Part shown: positions 12,498 through 25,766 of the stretch, in pieces
How the letters are laid out: the number at the start of each line of letters is the position of its first letter
Position numbering within the stretch: position 1 is the first letter of the stretch
Assembly: GCA_004431415.1 (NCBI GenBank)
Contig: QPMI01000013.1
Coordinates: 121,158 to 185,157 of the forward strand
Source: Cyanophora paradoxa CCMP329
Lineage: Eukaryota; Plantae; Glaucophyta
Length of the DNA stretch: 64,000 nt
Reading direction: 5' to 3'
The notes under the pieces: generated by a model
Told to the model about the DNA's origin: nothing
The model's input: only the letters and a program-made list of their open reading frames with translations
Database searches by the model: none
Program-made: the position numbers and the translations under genes

Positions 12498-15400
12498 TCA
12501 CTGCGCGGCGGCGTCCTCCGGGGCGGCCGGGGCGTCGCCCAGGGCGGGGGCGTCGTCCCCCGCCAGGTCGCGGTCCGAGCGCGCCGGGGACCGGGAGAGG
12601 AGCCCCAGGAAGTCCCGAGGTGGCGTCGCCTTCGCCTCCTCCTCTTCGTCGCGGTCGCCGCCCGTGCGGCGCCGGCTCCGCGGCGGGGGAGAGCCGGAAC
12701 CCGATCTCGAGCGGGCCGGCGACGCCGAGCGGGAGCGGGAGCGGGAGCGGGCGGGCGAGCCGCCGCCCGAGCCCGCCCCGTCCGCCCCGTCCTCCTCCTC
12801 CTTCCCCTCCTCCTCTCCCGACTCGGCGGTGGCGGCGCGGGCCGACGGGCGCTTCTTCTTGGCACCGCCGCGGCGGCGGGGCGGGTAGGAGGAGGTGCGG
12901 CGGCGGGCGGGGCGGCGCCGCGGTGCCGCCTTCTTGCCCTGCGGCGGCGCCGCCTCCTCCCCGTCGTCCCCTATCTCCTCCACCTCGCTCTCGCCCCCGC
13001 CCCCGCCGTCCGACCCCTCCCCGCCGCCCCCGCCCCCGTGCGAGCCCCGCACGGTCACCGGGTTCGAGTCCTGCCGGGAACATTAGGAAGAAGGAGGAAG
13101 AGGAGGAGGGGGAGACGCGCCTGGAAGTTCTCGATGAGGGGGAAGAGGAGCTCTTGGCTCTCGCCTGCGTGTACCCCGTCCTTGACCCACTCGCGCACGA
13201 AGTGGAGGTTCGCCGGCCGCTTGCTGCTGTTCGAGCGGCTCGGGTGCCCCGACCAGGCCGAGAAGGGCAGGACCTCCAGCTTGCGGGCGATGTCCGCCAC
13301 CTCCGTCACGTGCTGGTAGCGCGAGAGCAGGAGCTCGCCGTCCAGCATCGCCGCCGCCTGCGGAACGCAGAGTAAGAAGAGATCGCTCAGAGTTAGTAAG
13401 AGAGTAAGACCTGGCGTGTGTCTGGGCAGTCGTGCTTCATGAAGAACCAGCGGAGGAGGGCCCAGCGCTCGCCCTGGTGCTCGAAGAGCACCTCCAGCGT
13501 GGCCGCCCCCGAGGTCAGCTCCCCGTCCTCGAGGTACTCCACCAGCACCGCGTCCCCGACCCGCAGCCGCACTTCCGACGAGGCGGAGGAGGAAGAGCCG
13601 CCGGCCTCGCGGTCCGCCCGGGCGGGCGACGCGGAGCCGCGCTCGCCTGCGCCGCCGCCCGCCTCGCCGCCCGCCTCGTCGCCCTCCTCGCCGCCGGCGC
13701 CCTGCTGCTGCTGCTCCTTCGGCTGCTTGCGCACGATGGCGCCCTCGTAGACCGCGGCGTCCTTGTACACCGTCACGATCGTGCCGTCCTCGGCGATGGA
13801 CGTGAGCGCCACGTCGGCGCGCTCGGCGATGGGCTCGCCGAGCCAGACCACCTCCTTGCCCGCCGACTTGGGGTTCCGGGGGCGCTTGACCTGCGTGTAG
13901 TCGCGGGGCGGCGGGTTGACGAAGGTCGCGTAGGGCCCCAGGTCGATGCCGAGGACGCGGGCCATCTCCAGCAGCTCGGCCTTGGGAAGCCGGTCGACGT
14001 CCATGGAGTAGGCAAGGTACTTCTTCCGCAGCGGGTGCTGCCGGATCGCCCGCTTCAGCGCCTGCGCGGCGGTGCGCGCGTCAGAGCGAGGCATAAGGTA
14101 GAAGAGAGCGATGGGCGCGCCGTGTGCGTGCGGCGGTACTCCACGTTGGTGTAGCGCTCGCTGTACGTGCCCGGCGCGTTCGGCGCTGCGGGCCGGGCGC
14201 GTGCGTCAGAGGGGCCGTAGAGGGGAGGAAGAAGAGGGTCGGCGCACTCTTGCGCTGCTTGGGGTACTTGTGGGGCCCGTCGTTGCGCATGCGGATGCCG
14301 GTGCCGCCGACGCCGCGGAACATGGTGGGGCCGACCAGCGGCCGCCCGCCCTTCTTGCCCTCCCCGTCGTCGTAGTACTCCTCGTCCCCCTCGTCCCGCG
14401 CCGCCGCCTTCCCCTTCTTCTTCTGCTTCGCCGGCGGGCGCCCGCGGCCCCGCTTGGCCCCCGCCGGATGCCCCGCGTCCGATCCCGAGGCGGCCTCCTC
14501 GCCACCGCTGCCCTCCCCGGCGCCCTCCTCCGCCCCCGACCCGGCATCCGATCCCTCGGGCTCCTCCTCCTTGTCGGCGGCGGCGGCGGCGGCGCCCCCG
14601 CGCTGCCGGCGGCGGGAGGCGGAGGAGCCGGCGCCGGCGCCGGGCCCCCGGAGGAGGGGTACGGGCCCGTCGTCCTCCGAGTCGGAGGGCGGGGGGCCCA
14701 GGTCCGAGTAGTCGAGCGGGGGCGAGCCCGCGTCGCTCTCGCCGCCCGAGCCGCCCTCCCCCACCGGGTGCTCCTTCTTCAGCACCTCCGGCAGCCGCGC
14801 TGCGCATCCGTAAGCGGCAAAGCCGAGGCGAGGCGAGGCGAGGCGAGGCGAGGAAGAGGCGCACTGTGGGGGTGGGGCAGGAGGCCGCCCCGGTTCGTGG
14901 CGTAGACGTACGTGGCGTAGCGGGCGAGGGGGATCTTCAGGCGCCGCGCCGCCGCCACGAGGTTCTCCTTGGGGAGGCAGTCCACGCTCGGGAAGCTGCC
15001 GGGCGGGCGGGTCAGAGAGGAAGCGCTGGAGGCGCAGGATGGGAGGAAGGAGCTGCGAGGGAACTCGCCCGTAGAGGTACTTGAGCGGCTGCATCTTGAA
15101 CCACGGGTGCGTCCGGACGGCGTGGCGCAGCGCCTGCGGGCGGACGGCGAGAGAAGCAGCGATGAGTGCCTGGAGGTGCCTGGAGGCTTGGCCGGCCCAG
15201 GCGCACCTGGTAGGCCTGCTTGTACTCGCGCTTGGCCTTGCTCTGCGAGCTCCCCTGCGTCCGCCCCGACTTCTTCGAGTCCTTCGAGCCCGGCGTCGTC
15301 GTCGCCGCCGCCCGGCTCGAGCGCGGCGTCCGCGCGCTCGAGCCGCGGCCCCCCTCCTCGCCCCCGCTGCCGGCCCCGGTCCCGGCCCCGGCGCCGGCCC

Positions 15401-17936
15401 GGGCCCCGCCCTCTGCCTCGCCCGCGTCGCTGCCGCGGTCCGAGCCGGCGGCACCGTTCTCCTCGCCGCCCTCGCCCTCCTCGCGCTTGACCTTGGCCTT
15501 CTCGGCCTTGGGCCGCGCGCGGGGCGCCCCGCGGCCCCGCACGCGCTCCTCGGCGGCCACCTCCTTGACGCGCGCCGCCGCCGCCTTGGCCGAGGCCCGG
15601 CGCTCCTTGCCGCCCTCGCGCACCGCCTCCTCCTCCTCCTGCTCTTCCTGCTTCACCTCCGGCTTGACCCGCGGCCGCGGGGGCGTCAGCGTCGGCACGG
15701 CCCGCTTCGGCGCCGCCCGCTTCGGCGGCGGCGCCGCCGCCTCCTCCGAGCCAGCGTCGGAGGCCTCCGGCGCCTCGTCTTCCGAGGCGCGCCGGGCCGC
15801 CGGCTTCTTCGGCGCCGCCCGCTTGCGGCCCCGCGCGAAGGCCGGAGAGAGCCGCGAGTGCGTGCTCGTCATGTGCCCGCCCAGCTTCTGCTTCGTCGAG
15901 AACCACTCGCCGCACTTGCGGCACTGGAACCGCGGCGTCCCGTCGTCTGCGGCGGCGGCCGATCTAAGAAGGGGAGAAGGCGGGCCGGGCCGGCGGGGCG
16001 CGCAGGGCGCGCGCACCCGGGACGCGGTGCTTGCTGGACGCCCAGCCGGCCTTGAGGTGGAATCCGGCGATGTGCCCGCCGAGCTGCTGCCGCGTCGCGA
16101 ACTGGCGCCCGCAGTGCTTGCAGACGTGCGTGCCCGTCCCCTGCTTGTTCTGCCCGGCCGCCGCCGCCGCGCGCCTAGGCTTCTTCTTCGGCCGCTCTGC
16201 GCCCCGCCGTCGGCCCCGAGACGCAGCAAACGCCGCAAGCGGCGCGGCGAAGAACGAAGAGAACAAAGAGAGAGGGCGGACCGGTGACGTCGGGGTCGGA
16301 GCTGTCCTCGCCCTCGGAGCCCTCGCTCTGGCTCGGCTCCGCGTCCGGGTCGCTCTCCACGCCCTAGGAGGAGAAGAAGAAGCTCAGCGAGGAGGAGCGG
16401 GAGGAGGAGGAAGTGGTGGGGGCGCCCTCGCCTTTACGACTCCGACGTCGGCCGAGCCCGCCTCCGAGTTCTCCAGGTCCTCCAGGTGGTCCCCGCCCCC
16501 GCCGTCCCCGCCGACGCCCCCGCCGCCCTTTCCGGCCCGCCCCGGCCCGTCCCCGCCGCCCCCGCCGCCGCCCGCGCCGCCCTCCTCACCCTCCTCGCCT
16601 TGTCCTGCGCCTCGGCCTCAGGAAAGAGCGGGAAAGGGGCGCCGCGGCCGGCGCGCACCGCGCTTCTCGTTCGAGCGGCGGAGCCGCCCGGTCGGGCCCG
16701 ATGCGGCGGGGGGAGACGGCCCGGAGGCGCTGGGCGGGCGGCCCGAGCGGCCGCGGGGGGGCCCCTCGCGGCGCATGTCCTCGGGCATGCGCGGGCAGCG
16801 CCACTTGTGCCGGCGCATCCCCGTCACCGTCTCGAACTGCCGCAGGCAGAACGGGCACGTCGGCGCGCCGCCGTCCCCCTCGGCCCCGTCCATGTCCTCC
16901 TCCCCGCCCGACCCTGCCGCCGCGCCCCGTCAGGGCGGAGGAAAAGGGCGGGGCTGGCGGGGCGGGCGGGCGGGGGCGTGGAGGTACCGGCGGAGTTGTG
17001 GCGCTCCTGGGCGCGGGCGGAGGGCCGGGCGCGGCGCTGGGGCTTGACGGGCGTGTCGCCCGGCTCCTCGCCGGCGGAGAGCGTCTCCACGGAGCCGCCG
17101 TCCGAGTGGTGCCCGCCTTCGGACATGGCGTCGCCCCCGTGGTCCGACCCGCCCCCGTCCAGGTTGCGCCGCTTCGCCATCGCCGAGAGCCGCTCCATGA
17201 TCGGCTGCTGCGCGCCCCGCCGCCGCGACCGGTTCGCCGCCAGCCCGCCGCTGTACCCCTCGCCCTCCTCGCCCCCGTCCGCCTCCTCGTCGTCCCCGTC
17301 CGGCCCGGGGTACGACCCGCGGTCCTCCTGGGGACCCGCGGGGCCCCCTCCGTGCATGCGCCCGTAGGGATCGGGCGGGATGGGCGGCACGCCGTAGGGG
17401 CCCGGGTGGTCGTCCTGTCGGAAGCCCATCGGGGCGCCAGGCATGTAGAAGTGGTGCGGGAGCGGCATCCCGCCGGGCGCCGGCCCCGGCCCGGGCCCCG
17501 GCCCGCCCGGCGGGGGGAAGGGCATCACGTGGGCCATGGTGTTCAGGAACTCGCCGGGGCGGTAGTTGAGGCCCCCGAGGGCCGCCGCCGCTGCCGCCAC
17601 GTGCTGCTGCTGCTGCTGCTGGGCGAGCTGCTGTTGTTGTTGTTGCTGCTGTTGCTGCTGTTGCTGCTGGCGCATGAAAGCATCCGCCTGGGCGGGCGCG
17701 TGGCCGGCCCCGAAGAACTGCATCGCGGGGCCCATGGCGCCGGAGCCCACGCTAGGGTGCATCGTCCGCGGCGGCTGCTGCTGCATCCCTTCGCCCGCCA
17801 TGGCCGCCTGGGGCGGGTACAGCTGATTGGGCCCGCCGGCGGGCATCGCGCCGGGCAGGAGCATGCCCTCCTCCCGGAGCCGCCGTCGCTCCTCCTCAGT
17901 GTAGCTGCTCCCCTGCTGGTAGAAGGCCGGCAACAC
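12498..17936 (-). CDS. Large nuclear/chromatin protein: polyQ region, three C2H2-type zinc fingers, AT-hook, C-terminal BAH domain
   Basis: Zinc fingers CPFC..RRHKWRC, CKHC..GGHIAGFH and CRKC..GGHMTSTH. AT-hook KRGRGRPP. BAH-like LRVGDAVLV...WALLRWFFMKHD...ELLLS. Joining these into one gene and the start position are inferred. Confidence 0.65.
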
Positions 17937-19470
17937 TGCGCCGCCGGTCAGGCCCGAGAGATAGGAAAGAAGATTGAAAAGGTGGTTTTGAAAGAAGCAG
18001 ATTAACGCGGAAAAGAAGAAAACGCAAGGAGGAAAGAGGAGCGGTGCGCACTCTTCTGCTGTTCTGCCTTCGACGATGGGGAAGAAGGTTCAGTCACAGT
18101 TAACAGCTGCGACAGGCAATTCACTCTCGATCAGAAAAGAAGCGAGATCGCCACGCAGCACAGATCGCGATTGATATCGGGCACAGAGGCCACGACGGAT
18201 CGGACCTTTCATACGGTATTGATCCCTAGAGCGTCGAAGCTAGCCGTCGATCTCCAACCAACTCGAGGTTCCTGCGTGAGCGCGGAGAATGCGTCAGCAG
18301 CAGACGACAGACATCGAGCGGGCCCCCGCATAGATCTAGAGGACCGGGCAGAGCATTCACGATTCAGGGCACCAACCTGTGCGACCACGAGCTCAGCTCG
18401 AGACAGAAAGAAAGCCTTGAATCAGTAGATCGAACTCGTTCGGGTCGAACGGAGCAAGCTGCGTTGCAGGTTGCGATCAGTGTGGGTCATTGGAGCTTCG
18501 CCGTCATCTCGCGACGGCCCACTAGGCGGGCGTTACGGACTGGAAACTTATCCTACATAAGGGCTATGACGGCGCGAGGAAGAGGTCTAGACGGAAATTT
18601 TGTCTCGGGTTAAGCTCGAGCTCGCAGCCGCGAGTCGACCCGGCCACGGAACGGCCTCGCTAGGCTTGAAGATGCGTCCATGAGGGAGGAAGATTCCGTG
18701 AAGCAGAGCTCGAAGGCCGACCCGCGAAAAGGCCGGCCCCTCGAGATGTTCGCAGCTCTTGCTCGCGCGAGTTCGAGCCCCCAACGCGTCGCGGCCGAGC
18801 GTCGTACCTTGAAGGAAAGCTTCGTGAAGCTGAGAAGAGTCTACGAGACCTTCAGAGGCACGGAGGGTGGAGCTATAGCTGCGTGCTGGATGCTCGAGTT
18901 CGGGAAGCGATCGCTCGAAAAGAAAGCTGCGACCACGTGCAGCTTCCTCGGCGTAGCTGCCCCCGCCCACTGAGGCTGATCGCGCTGGCGGGTTCGGTCT
19001 GCAAGGTGGGGTACGCAAGACGAGCTTTGCTGGGGTACACTGCGATCGAGTCGCGTGCTCTGGATTCGACTCGGCGAACCCGCGCGGCCGGCGCGACGTC
19101 GACCGTGTCGGGCGGCGCGAGCTTTAGTTCTGGATTCCGGTGCGTAACTGACCGAGCACGCGACCGAGCCTTGAATTCGAAGATCAAATCCCGGCCGCCG
19201 GGGGCGTGCGTGGCGCGCGCGCGCGCGCACGCGGGACGGCGTCGATCATGATCAATGCTCGCGCGCGGGCGTCGATCAAAGCGTCAAGACGAATTTCGAA
19301 TACGAGGCGAATTAAAAACACCGTGCACGTGCACCTGGCACATCAATTGCAAGTGAAGGCAATCTGCAAACTAGCCTGGCCCTGTACTTCGCTAAAGAGA
19401 GCGTCGATGACAAATTGTCATCGAGTCAAAACCGAAACTCGTAAATAAAACTGAGAAGCGTTCATATCAT

Positions 19471-19782
19471 ATGTGCAGTGCCGCAATATGCCGCAGTGCG
19501 CGACTCGAGAAGGGCGCCGGATCGAAAACGTACACAGCCCGGCGGCCGCAGCTGCACGAGGGAGACCAGTCTGGAGAACTAGGCCTAGATCGAAAAGACA
19601 GCCACATTCGACCACTCAGAATCAGCAACTCGCAAAGAATCGAAATCTACGCGCATCTTACACCTCCTCGCACAATAAATGAGAAGCATCATGGCATGAA
19701 ATATGGAGCGTATACGTATGGACAAGCGGGATTCAAAATCAAATCGAAAGGAAAACCGTGGGCGGTCTTGGAAGAATATTAA
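19471..19782 (+). CDS. Possible last exon(s) of a small unknown gene
   Basis: Lower-GC ORF with a protein-like C-terminus (HLTPPRTINEKHHGMKYGAYTYGQAGFKIKSKGKPWAVLEEY) ending next to the convergent channel stop. No recognisable family. Confidence 0.2.
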   Translation: MCSAAICRSARLEKGAGSKTYTARRPQLHEGDQSGELGLDRKDSHIRPLRISNSQRIEIYAHLTPPRTINEKHHGMKYGAYTYGQAGFKIKSKGKPWAVLEEY

Positions 19783-19787
19783 CAGGG

Positions 19788-22700
19788 CTACGCCTCCTGG
19801 TTGGAGAGGCGGGAGCCGGCCTCGGACAGCGAGAAGGAGCCGTCGGAGAGGGTCACGAGGTCGAGCCCCGCGAGGGCCCGTTTCGTGCGCCGGGCGACGA
19901 CGCGCTCGCGTACCCCCACGTAGTGCATGAAGCGCGAGAAGACATCCTCGGAGGCCACGATGATCAGGCGCCGCCCGCCGGCCTCCGGGCCCTCCCCAGC
20001 GCCGCTGAGCGCGACGCTCTGGCCGTCCGCCGAGCCCGGCCGGCTCGCTAGCGAGCCGCGGGGCCCAAGGACGCGGCGGTAGGAGCCCAGGCCCGGGCCC
20101 CGCGGGGGGCTGCTGGACCCCGGGAAGCTTGGGAGGGACGCGGGGTGCGCGAACTCGGGGCGGGCCGCCGCCGCGCCCGCCGGCCGCCCCGTTTCGTGGA
20201 GGTCGATGAGGAGGGTCGGGGAGGAGGAGGAGGCGGTCCGGCCGGCCTCCACCACGCGCCGGCTGGAGCCGGGGGCCGCCCCCGCCGCCGCCCCCGCCGC
20301 CGAGGCGCACATCGAGTCCAGCGAGTGGAACGAGGCCGGGCCAACGCCGCCGGCGCCGGGGGGCGGCGAGCCCCGCGCCGAGCGGGCCGTGGCCCTCAGC
20401 GTGTGCGCCAGCCCGCTGCTGAGGTCGCGGTCCGAGTCCGAGGGCCCCAGGGCGAGCGCCGGCGGCTGCGGCGGCGCCTCGGTCGCCTTCCGGGGGGTAC
20501 CGCCGTGGAGCTCGGCGTGCTCGGCGGCGGCGGCGGCAAGGGCGGCGGCGGCCTGCGGGGAGACGGGCAGCAGCACGCCTCCCACGCGCAAGTGGAGCAT
20601 CTCCGTCGGCGTCCGCAGGCCGCTCTCCGACCCGCCCCGCTCCGCGCTCCCGCCCCTGCTCCCGCTCTCGGACGAGGAGGAGGGCAGCGGGCCGCGCCTC
20701 CGCTCGCGGCGGAGGCGGCCCATGACGCGCCGGGCGGCGTGCTTCCACCGGCGGCGGAGGGCGGCGGCGCGGGAGGCGGGGCGCGCCGAGGCGGGTCGGC
20801 TCGGCGCCTCGTCCTCGTCCTCCTCCAGTAGCCGATTGAGGCGGGTCCCCTGCCGCATCACCACCGGCGCCGCCGCCCCCGCCGCCCCGCCGGCCTCCTT
20901 CGACTCGGCCCGGGGGGTACCCCGCGGACTCCCGGGGGGCGTGAACTTGGACACGAGCGTCTCCTGCGCGCACGCGTACCCCCGCACCGTAAGGCGACCG
21001 ACTGGTTGGCCGAGATTGGGATCGAGGGGGGTACGTGTACGCACGGCGCCCTCGGGGACGTTGAGGGGTAGAGCGACGGGGATGGCGAAGGAGGAGGCGG
21101 GCTTCTCGCGGGGGGGCGGGGCAGGGCCCTCGTCCTCGTCCTCGCTGTCCGAGCCGCGGGGCCCGCCCGGCCGCCGCCGCGGCGAGGCCGTAGGCGAGTC
21201 GAAGTTGAAGGGAATGAAGGGGAGGGCCCCGCTGGCCGGCTGCGCGGGCCGCCCGGGGGCACCGAAGGAGCCCGTCCGGTCCGTCTCGTACTCGGACGAG
21301 CGGCTGGTCACTTGGTTCGAGCCGCGCGAGCCGCGCCGCGGGGCCCCGGACCCCTTGAACGCCTGCGACAGTTGCTGCGCCCGCCCCGCGTAAGTCGACT
21401 GCCAGCCCCGCGACTCCTTAGGGAGCGCCCAGCGCACCCGCTCCCTGAGGAGGTTAGCGACGTCCTCGTACCCCCCGCGGAGGGCGTCGTCGAGGGGCGT
21501 GCAGCCGAAGCGGTCGCGCGCGTCGATGTCGGCGCCCATCTTGAGGAGGATCTCGACGGCCGCCAGCTGCCCCTCCGACGCCGCCAGGTGCAGCGCCGTC
21601 CGCTTGTCGTAGTCGCACACGTTCGGGTTCGCCCCGTTCCGCACGTACCGCTGCAGCGTCTCGATGTCCCCCTCTGCGCGCGCGCGCGCCACCGGCGTCA
21701 GCGGCGCGGGGCAAGGGCGGGGGCGGAAGGCGCGGGGCCGGGGCACCGGAGGCGGCGACGTAGAGGGCGTCGCCGACGTCGGCGTCGGTGAGGCGGGCGC
21801 CGTGCTGCCGCAGGATCGCCGCCACCGCGTCGTGCCCGAACTTCACCGCGTTCTGCATCGCCGTCCCGCCCCACCGGTCCCGCCGCCCCGCGTCTGCCCC
21901 GCGCCGCAGCAGCAGCTCCGTCGCCTTGACGTGGCCCTCGGAGGCGCTTATGTGGAGCGCGGTGCGCCCGTCGTAGTCGGCGGCGTTGACGTCGAGGCCG
22001 CCGTCGAGCATGCGCGCCATGTTCTCCACGTCGTTGAAGCCGGCGAAGTAGCAGAGGCGCATCAGCTGCTCCTCCTCCAACCGCCGGATCGCCGCCCGCA
22101 CGCCCTCGAAGGAGCGCCCCAGCGAGGCGGCGCCCATCTTGAGCGCGTTCTGCCGCATCCGCGCCACTTGGTCGATGAACGTGTGCCCCAGCTCCTCGAA
22201 CTTCTCCCGGCCGATGACGTAGAGCGTGCAGTGCGTGTGCGTGAAGGCCGTCTGCGTCTGCTTCACCCTGCGGAGAGGATGAGCGAAGCTCGCCAAGTTT
22301 TGAGCTTAGGCTCGGGCTCAGGATCACCCGAAGAGCATGGAGATCTCGCCGAAGCACTGGCCCCGCCCGATCACCCGCCGCGGCTGCGCGCGGCCCGCTC
22401 AGCGGCGCGCAGGCGGGCGGGGCGGCGGGCGGGGCGGACGTGGCAGATGTCTTCTATCCAGACCTCGACCTCGCCGCCGCCGATGATGTACATCTCCCGC
22501 GACGGGTCGTCCACCCGCGTCACGTACTGCGCACAGGCGTCAGAGCAGGGCCGGGGCGGGGCGGGGCGGGGCGGGCCTGGCCCGGGGTGAAGACGGCGCG
22601 GCGCATGAGGACGGCGAGGGCCTGCACGAAGCGGCCCTCGCAGCCCTCCAGCAGCGCGCACTGCTCCGCCAGCGCGCGGTGCGTGTGGTCGACGACCTCG

Positions 22701-24644
22701 GCCTGCAGCGAGTACGAGTAAGAAAGAAAGCGGGCGAGTCCCCTAGCGTTCCTCCAGCCTCTAGCCTCTAGATTCAGCCTCCTACCCCTCCTCCGACTGA
22801 CCTGCAGCGAGTACGGCAGCTGGTCCAGCATCGTGTCGGCCTCCGTTCGCCGCTGGTTCATGAGCTGACGGGGAGGAAGAGAGGGTTTAGTTTACGAAGA
22901 GGAGGAGGACAAGGGGTAAGGCGCGCGCGCACCACGAAGTACTCGGTGAGGCGGTCCCGGAGGGGCTTGGGGTACGCGTCCCTCTCGAAGCGCTCCTGGA
23001 GCGACCGCATCTGGGAGCGGAAGCGCGCCGTGTCCGCGTCGCTGGAGGCGGAGAGCGAGGCGGTGTGCCCGATGGTCCACGCCACCAGCGCGAAGCCGGC
23101 CGCGAAGACGGCGGCGGAGAAAAGCAGCTCGCCGTCGCTCCGGGCGACGTGGTCGGCGGCGCCCGTGAGCGCCGCCGCCGACCAGTAGAGCGCCCGCGCG
23201 TACTGCGTGGCCGGCGAGCGCGCCCCGCCGAGGTCCAGCTGAGCCCCGGGGGCCTCGTCTCCGCTGAAGACGCCGAACGTCGCGCAGGCCGCCCAGTGGA
23301 CGGCCAGGGCGACCACCGCCACCAGGCGCACCGCCCGCGCCAGCGCGAACGGCACCCGCACTGCCGCGGCCCGACCCGCGTTAGATGCGACGGGGCAGCT
23401 CAGAAACCTTAGCGGAGGGCAGCGCCCACCGCTGCGCTCGAGGCGGCGGAGGCCGGAGAGGAGGTCGCCGATGCGGGCGAGGCGGAGGAGGCGGATCCAG
23501 AGGAACGGGTTCGGCTCCAGCGAGGCCCCGTACATAAGCCGCTCGGGCAGCAGCAGCAGCGACGGCACCGCCGCCAGCGCGTCTGCGGCGAACGAAGTAT
23601 TAGGAGAAGAAGGGGCGGGAAGCGGTGGCAAGGCAAAGCGAGCGAGCAGAGCCGACCCTGGAGGAAGCGGTGGGCGAGGTAGTGGCGGGCCATGCGCCTG
23701 GGCTCGAGGACGAGCCGGCTGCGCTCGACGAAGCCCGTGCGGAACCCGACGGCCACGTCCAGGAGGAAGGCCGCGTCCGCGAGGTAGTCCACGGCCCGCA
23801 GCGCCGCGGACTCGCCGAAGGCCAGCCGGAAGGGGTACGTCAGCGCGCACCACCTGCCGCAGCGCAGTGAGCTTGCCGCGTCTTCTTTGTGCGCGGGGGC
23901 GGGGCGGGGCGAACAGGACGAGGAGGAGGAGGGCGGCGCGGGAGGCGGCGTAGATGGGGCCGGTGCGGGCGAAGAGGAAGGAGCGGAGGAGCGCCCGCTC
24001 GTCCCCCGTGCCCCAGTTGTACTCGATCCCCTGCTCCGCGTGCGAGCGCCGCCGCTTGTACTGCCCCGCCTGCGCCCCGGCCCGAAGGCGTAACCTTAGG
24101 CTCGAGGAGGGGCTGGCTGGCGAGGAGGCAGGCGCACGATGATGGCTCCGGAGCTGTTGAGGCGGGTGCGGCCGGTGCGGGCGGCGTCGCCGCCGCCGCG
24201 GATGGAGCCCCCCGCGAGGGAGGCCGCCTTGCCCCCGTGCACGCTGTCGTCGACCGAGACGAAGTACGCGGACCTGGGCCGCCGCCGACGCCGCCGTTGA
24301 GCCGAGAGCGCGCGCGGGCGGGGCGGGGCGGGGCGGGGCGGCGGCGCGCCCTCGCTTCAGGCTCGGCTCGGGCATGACCGTCAGCGAGTTGAGCGAGAGG
24401 ATCGAGCCTGGCGCGCGGGCGGGCGTCAGCCGCGCGGGTTCGAGGCCTCTCTGTGGGAGGGGGCGAGGATCGGACCTGGGGAGGAGGGGACGACCCCTCC
24501 CCTCGCGCCCCGCATGGCGGGCGTCGAGGAGGGCGTGTGGCGCGAGGCCTCCATCGCCGAGAACGACGCGAGCGGGTGCGTGCTTCGTTCATCGTTCGAG
24601 CTCCGCACCTTCCCGCTCAGCGACCTCACGATCTTATTCAACAT
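19788..24644 (-). CDS. Cyclic-nucleotide-binding-domain ion channel with ankyrin repeats (plant Shaker AKT-like architecture)
   Basis: S1-S4 (DYLADAAFLLDVAVGFRTGF, LLRLARI), pore helix YARALYWS, C-linker LPYSLQ, CNBD (EMYIIGGGEVE, CFGEISMLFG) and ankyrins (DYDGRTALHISASEGH, DYDKRTALHLAASEG, DRFGCTPLDDA). ATG 24644, stop 19788. Confidence 0.85.
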
Positions 24645-25257
24645 CCCGAGGCCTGCGCCTCCAGCCGGGGGCGCCGTCGGAAGCGTTGGTCAAGGTTCTC
24701 CGAGGGTCAAGTTCTTGATGACGCCAGTGCGACTCTGTGCGACCGAGGCGTTGATGGCGTTGCTCCTGCCAGCTGCTCGCCTAGCGAAGCCACGGTACGG
24801 CCCCAGCAGCGGTGGCGGCCAAGAGCCGCGCTCGCATAACGCCTGGGCAGCTCGCCCCGCAGCTCGCCCCCGCGTATTGCGCGGACAAGCTCGCGTTGAC
24901 AAGCTTTCTCGCCGGTGCGCTTGTCACTGATGCCCTCGTTTCCACCGCTGGCCGGGCCGCGGAGTGCTCGCCTGCTGCGGCCGGGGCGAAGGATTTGGAA
25001 TGCGTTTGGCCAGGCCTTGAGTTCGAATTCGCAGTGCGCGTTGATCGGATGCTGTCTAGCTGTACTGCAGCTGCTCGATGCGCGCGCTCACCAGCAGACT
25101 TGGGCAGCGCAGGCTCAGCTGCAGCTAGCTCTGCAATCGCGCATCGATGGCGCTCTCGCATGCACAGACGAACCGCTGCGGTGAACGCAGCGGTGAACCT
25201 GCTGCGAATGCGTGACAAGTGTATTGGCTCGGAAAGGGCGCGCCGCGACCGCTGCCT

Positions 25258-25308
25258 TGTCAACTCGGAACCCTGGGGATTTCGTGGGTCGGCGGTACCC
25301 CCCCGGGA
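25258..25308 (+). repeat. Left terminal inverted repeat (imperfect)
   Basis: TGTC-N8-ACCCTG-N4-TTTCG-N-GGGT..GGTACCCCCCC.GGGA. It matches the reverse complement of 43415-43465 at 38 of 52 aligned columns (manual count), with identical spacing over the first 32 nt. Confidence 0.8.
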
Positions 25309-25373
25309 CCGGCGTGCGGGGGGGTCGAGCCAGGCGTGGCCCGCCACGGGTACGCCGACCCGCCACCGCCACG

Positions 25374-25467
25374 CGTGACCCCCGTGACTCCCGTGACACC
25401 CGTGACGCGGGCGGTGGTCGGACCGGCGGCGAACCGGCGAGTCCGGAATGACGTCACGGTGACGTCA
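25374..25467. promoter_or_regulatory. Subterminal CGTGAC array and paired TGACGTCA (CRE-like) palindromes
   Basis: CGTGAC at 25374, 25383, 25392 and 25401 (9-bp period). TGACGTCA at 25449 and 25460. Confidence 0.45.
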
Positions 25468-25498
25468 GCGCTCGGAACCGAGTACTTACCATGAATCA

Positions 25499-25732
25499 CT
25501 AATCATAATGACTCGGCTGACTCAATCCCATGGCGACTACTGCTCCCATCAGTGCAACGGCGATTAGCTGGCGGTACAGGACCAGCAGTGCCAGGATGAG
25601 CACGAGCACCGGCGCCGACGCCTGCCAGCCGTAGGCGCTGTGGACTCGCCAGAACAGCGAAAATGCACCGAAGCCCGCGAGCCCGAGCCCCACGAGCAGG
25701 CCTGAGCCCAGCCACAGTGCCTGATTCGCCAT
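25499..25732 (-). CDS. Small multi-pass membrane protein (paralog of 28319-28669)
   Basis: Intronless and hydrophobic. Motif FWRVHSAYGWQASAP matches FRGLHGRFGWKGSAP in the paralog. Confidence 0.7.
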   Translation of the reverse strand: MANQALWLGSGLLVGLGLAGFGAFSLFWRVHSAYGWQASAPVLVLILALLVLYRQLIAVALMGAVVAMGLSQPSHYD

Positions 25733-25766
25733 TGATACCAAATGAAAGGATAATGTTCCGATTCAG

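Noticed and set aside
12376-18005. Numerous long overlapping Arg/Gly/Pro/Ala-rich ORFs here and elsewhere in the window
   Set aside because: Expected from stop-codon scarcity at very high GC. They are antisense or alternative frames of spliced genes.
24781-25257. Host gene interrupted by the insertion (joining to 43470-43674 on the minus strand)
   Set aside because: The rejoined frame is open but resembles no protein I recognise. It cannot be supported without an empty-site sequence.
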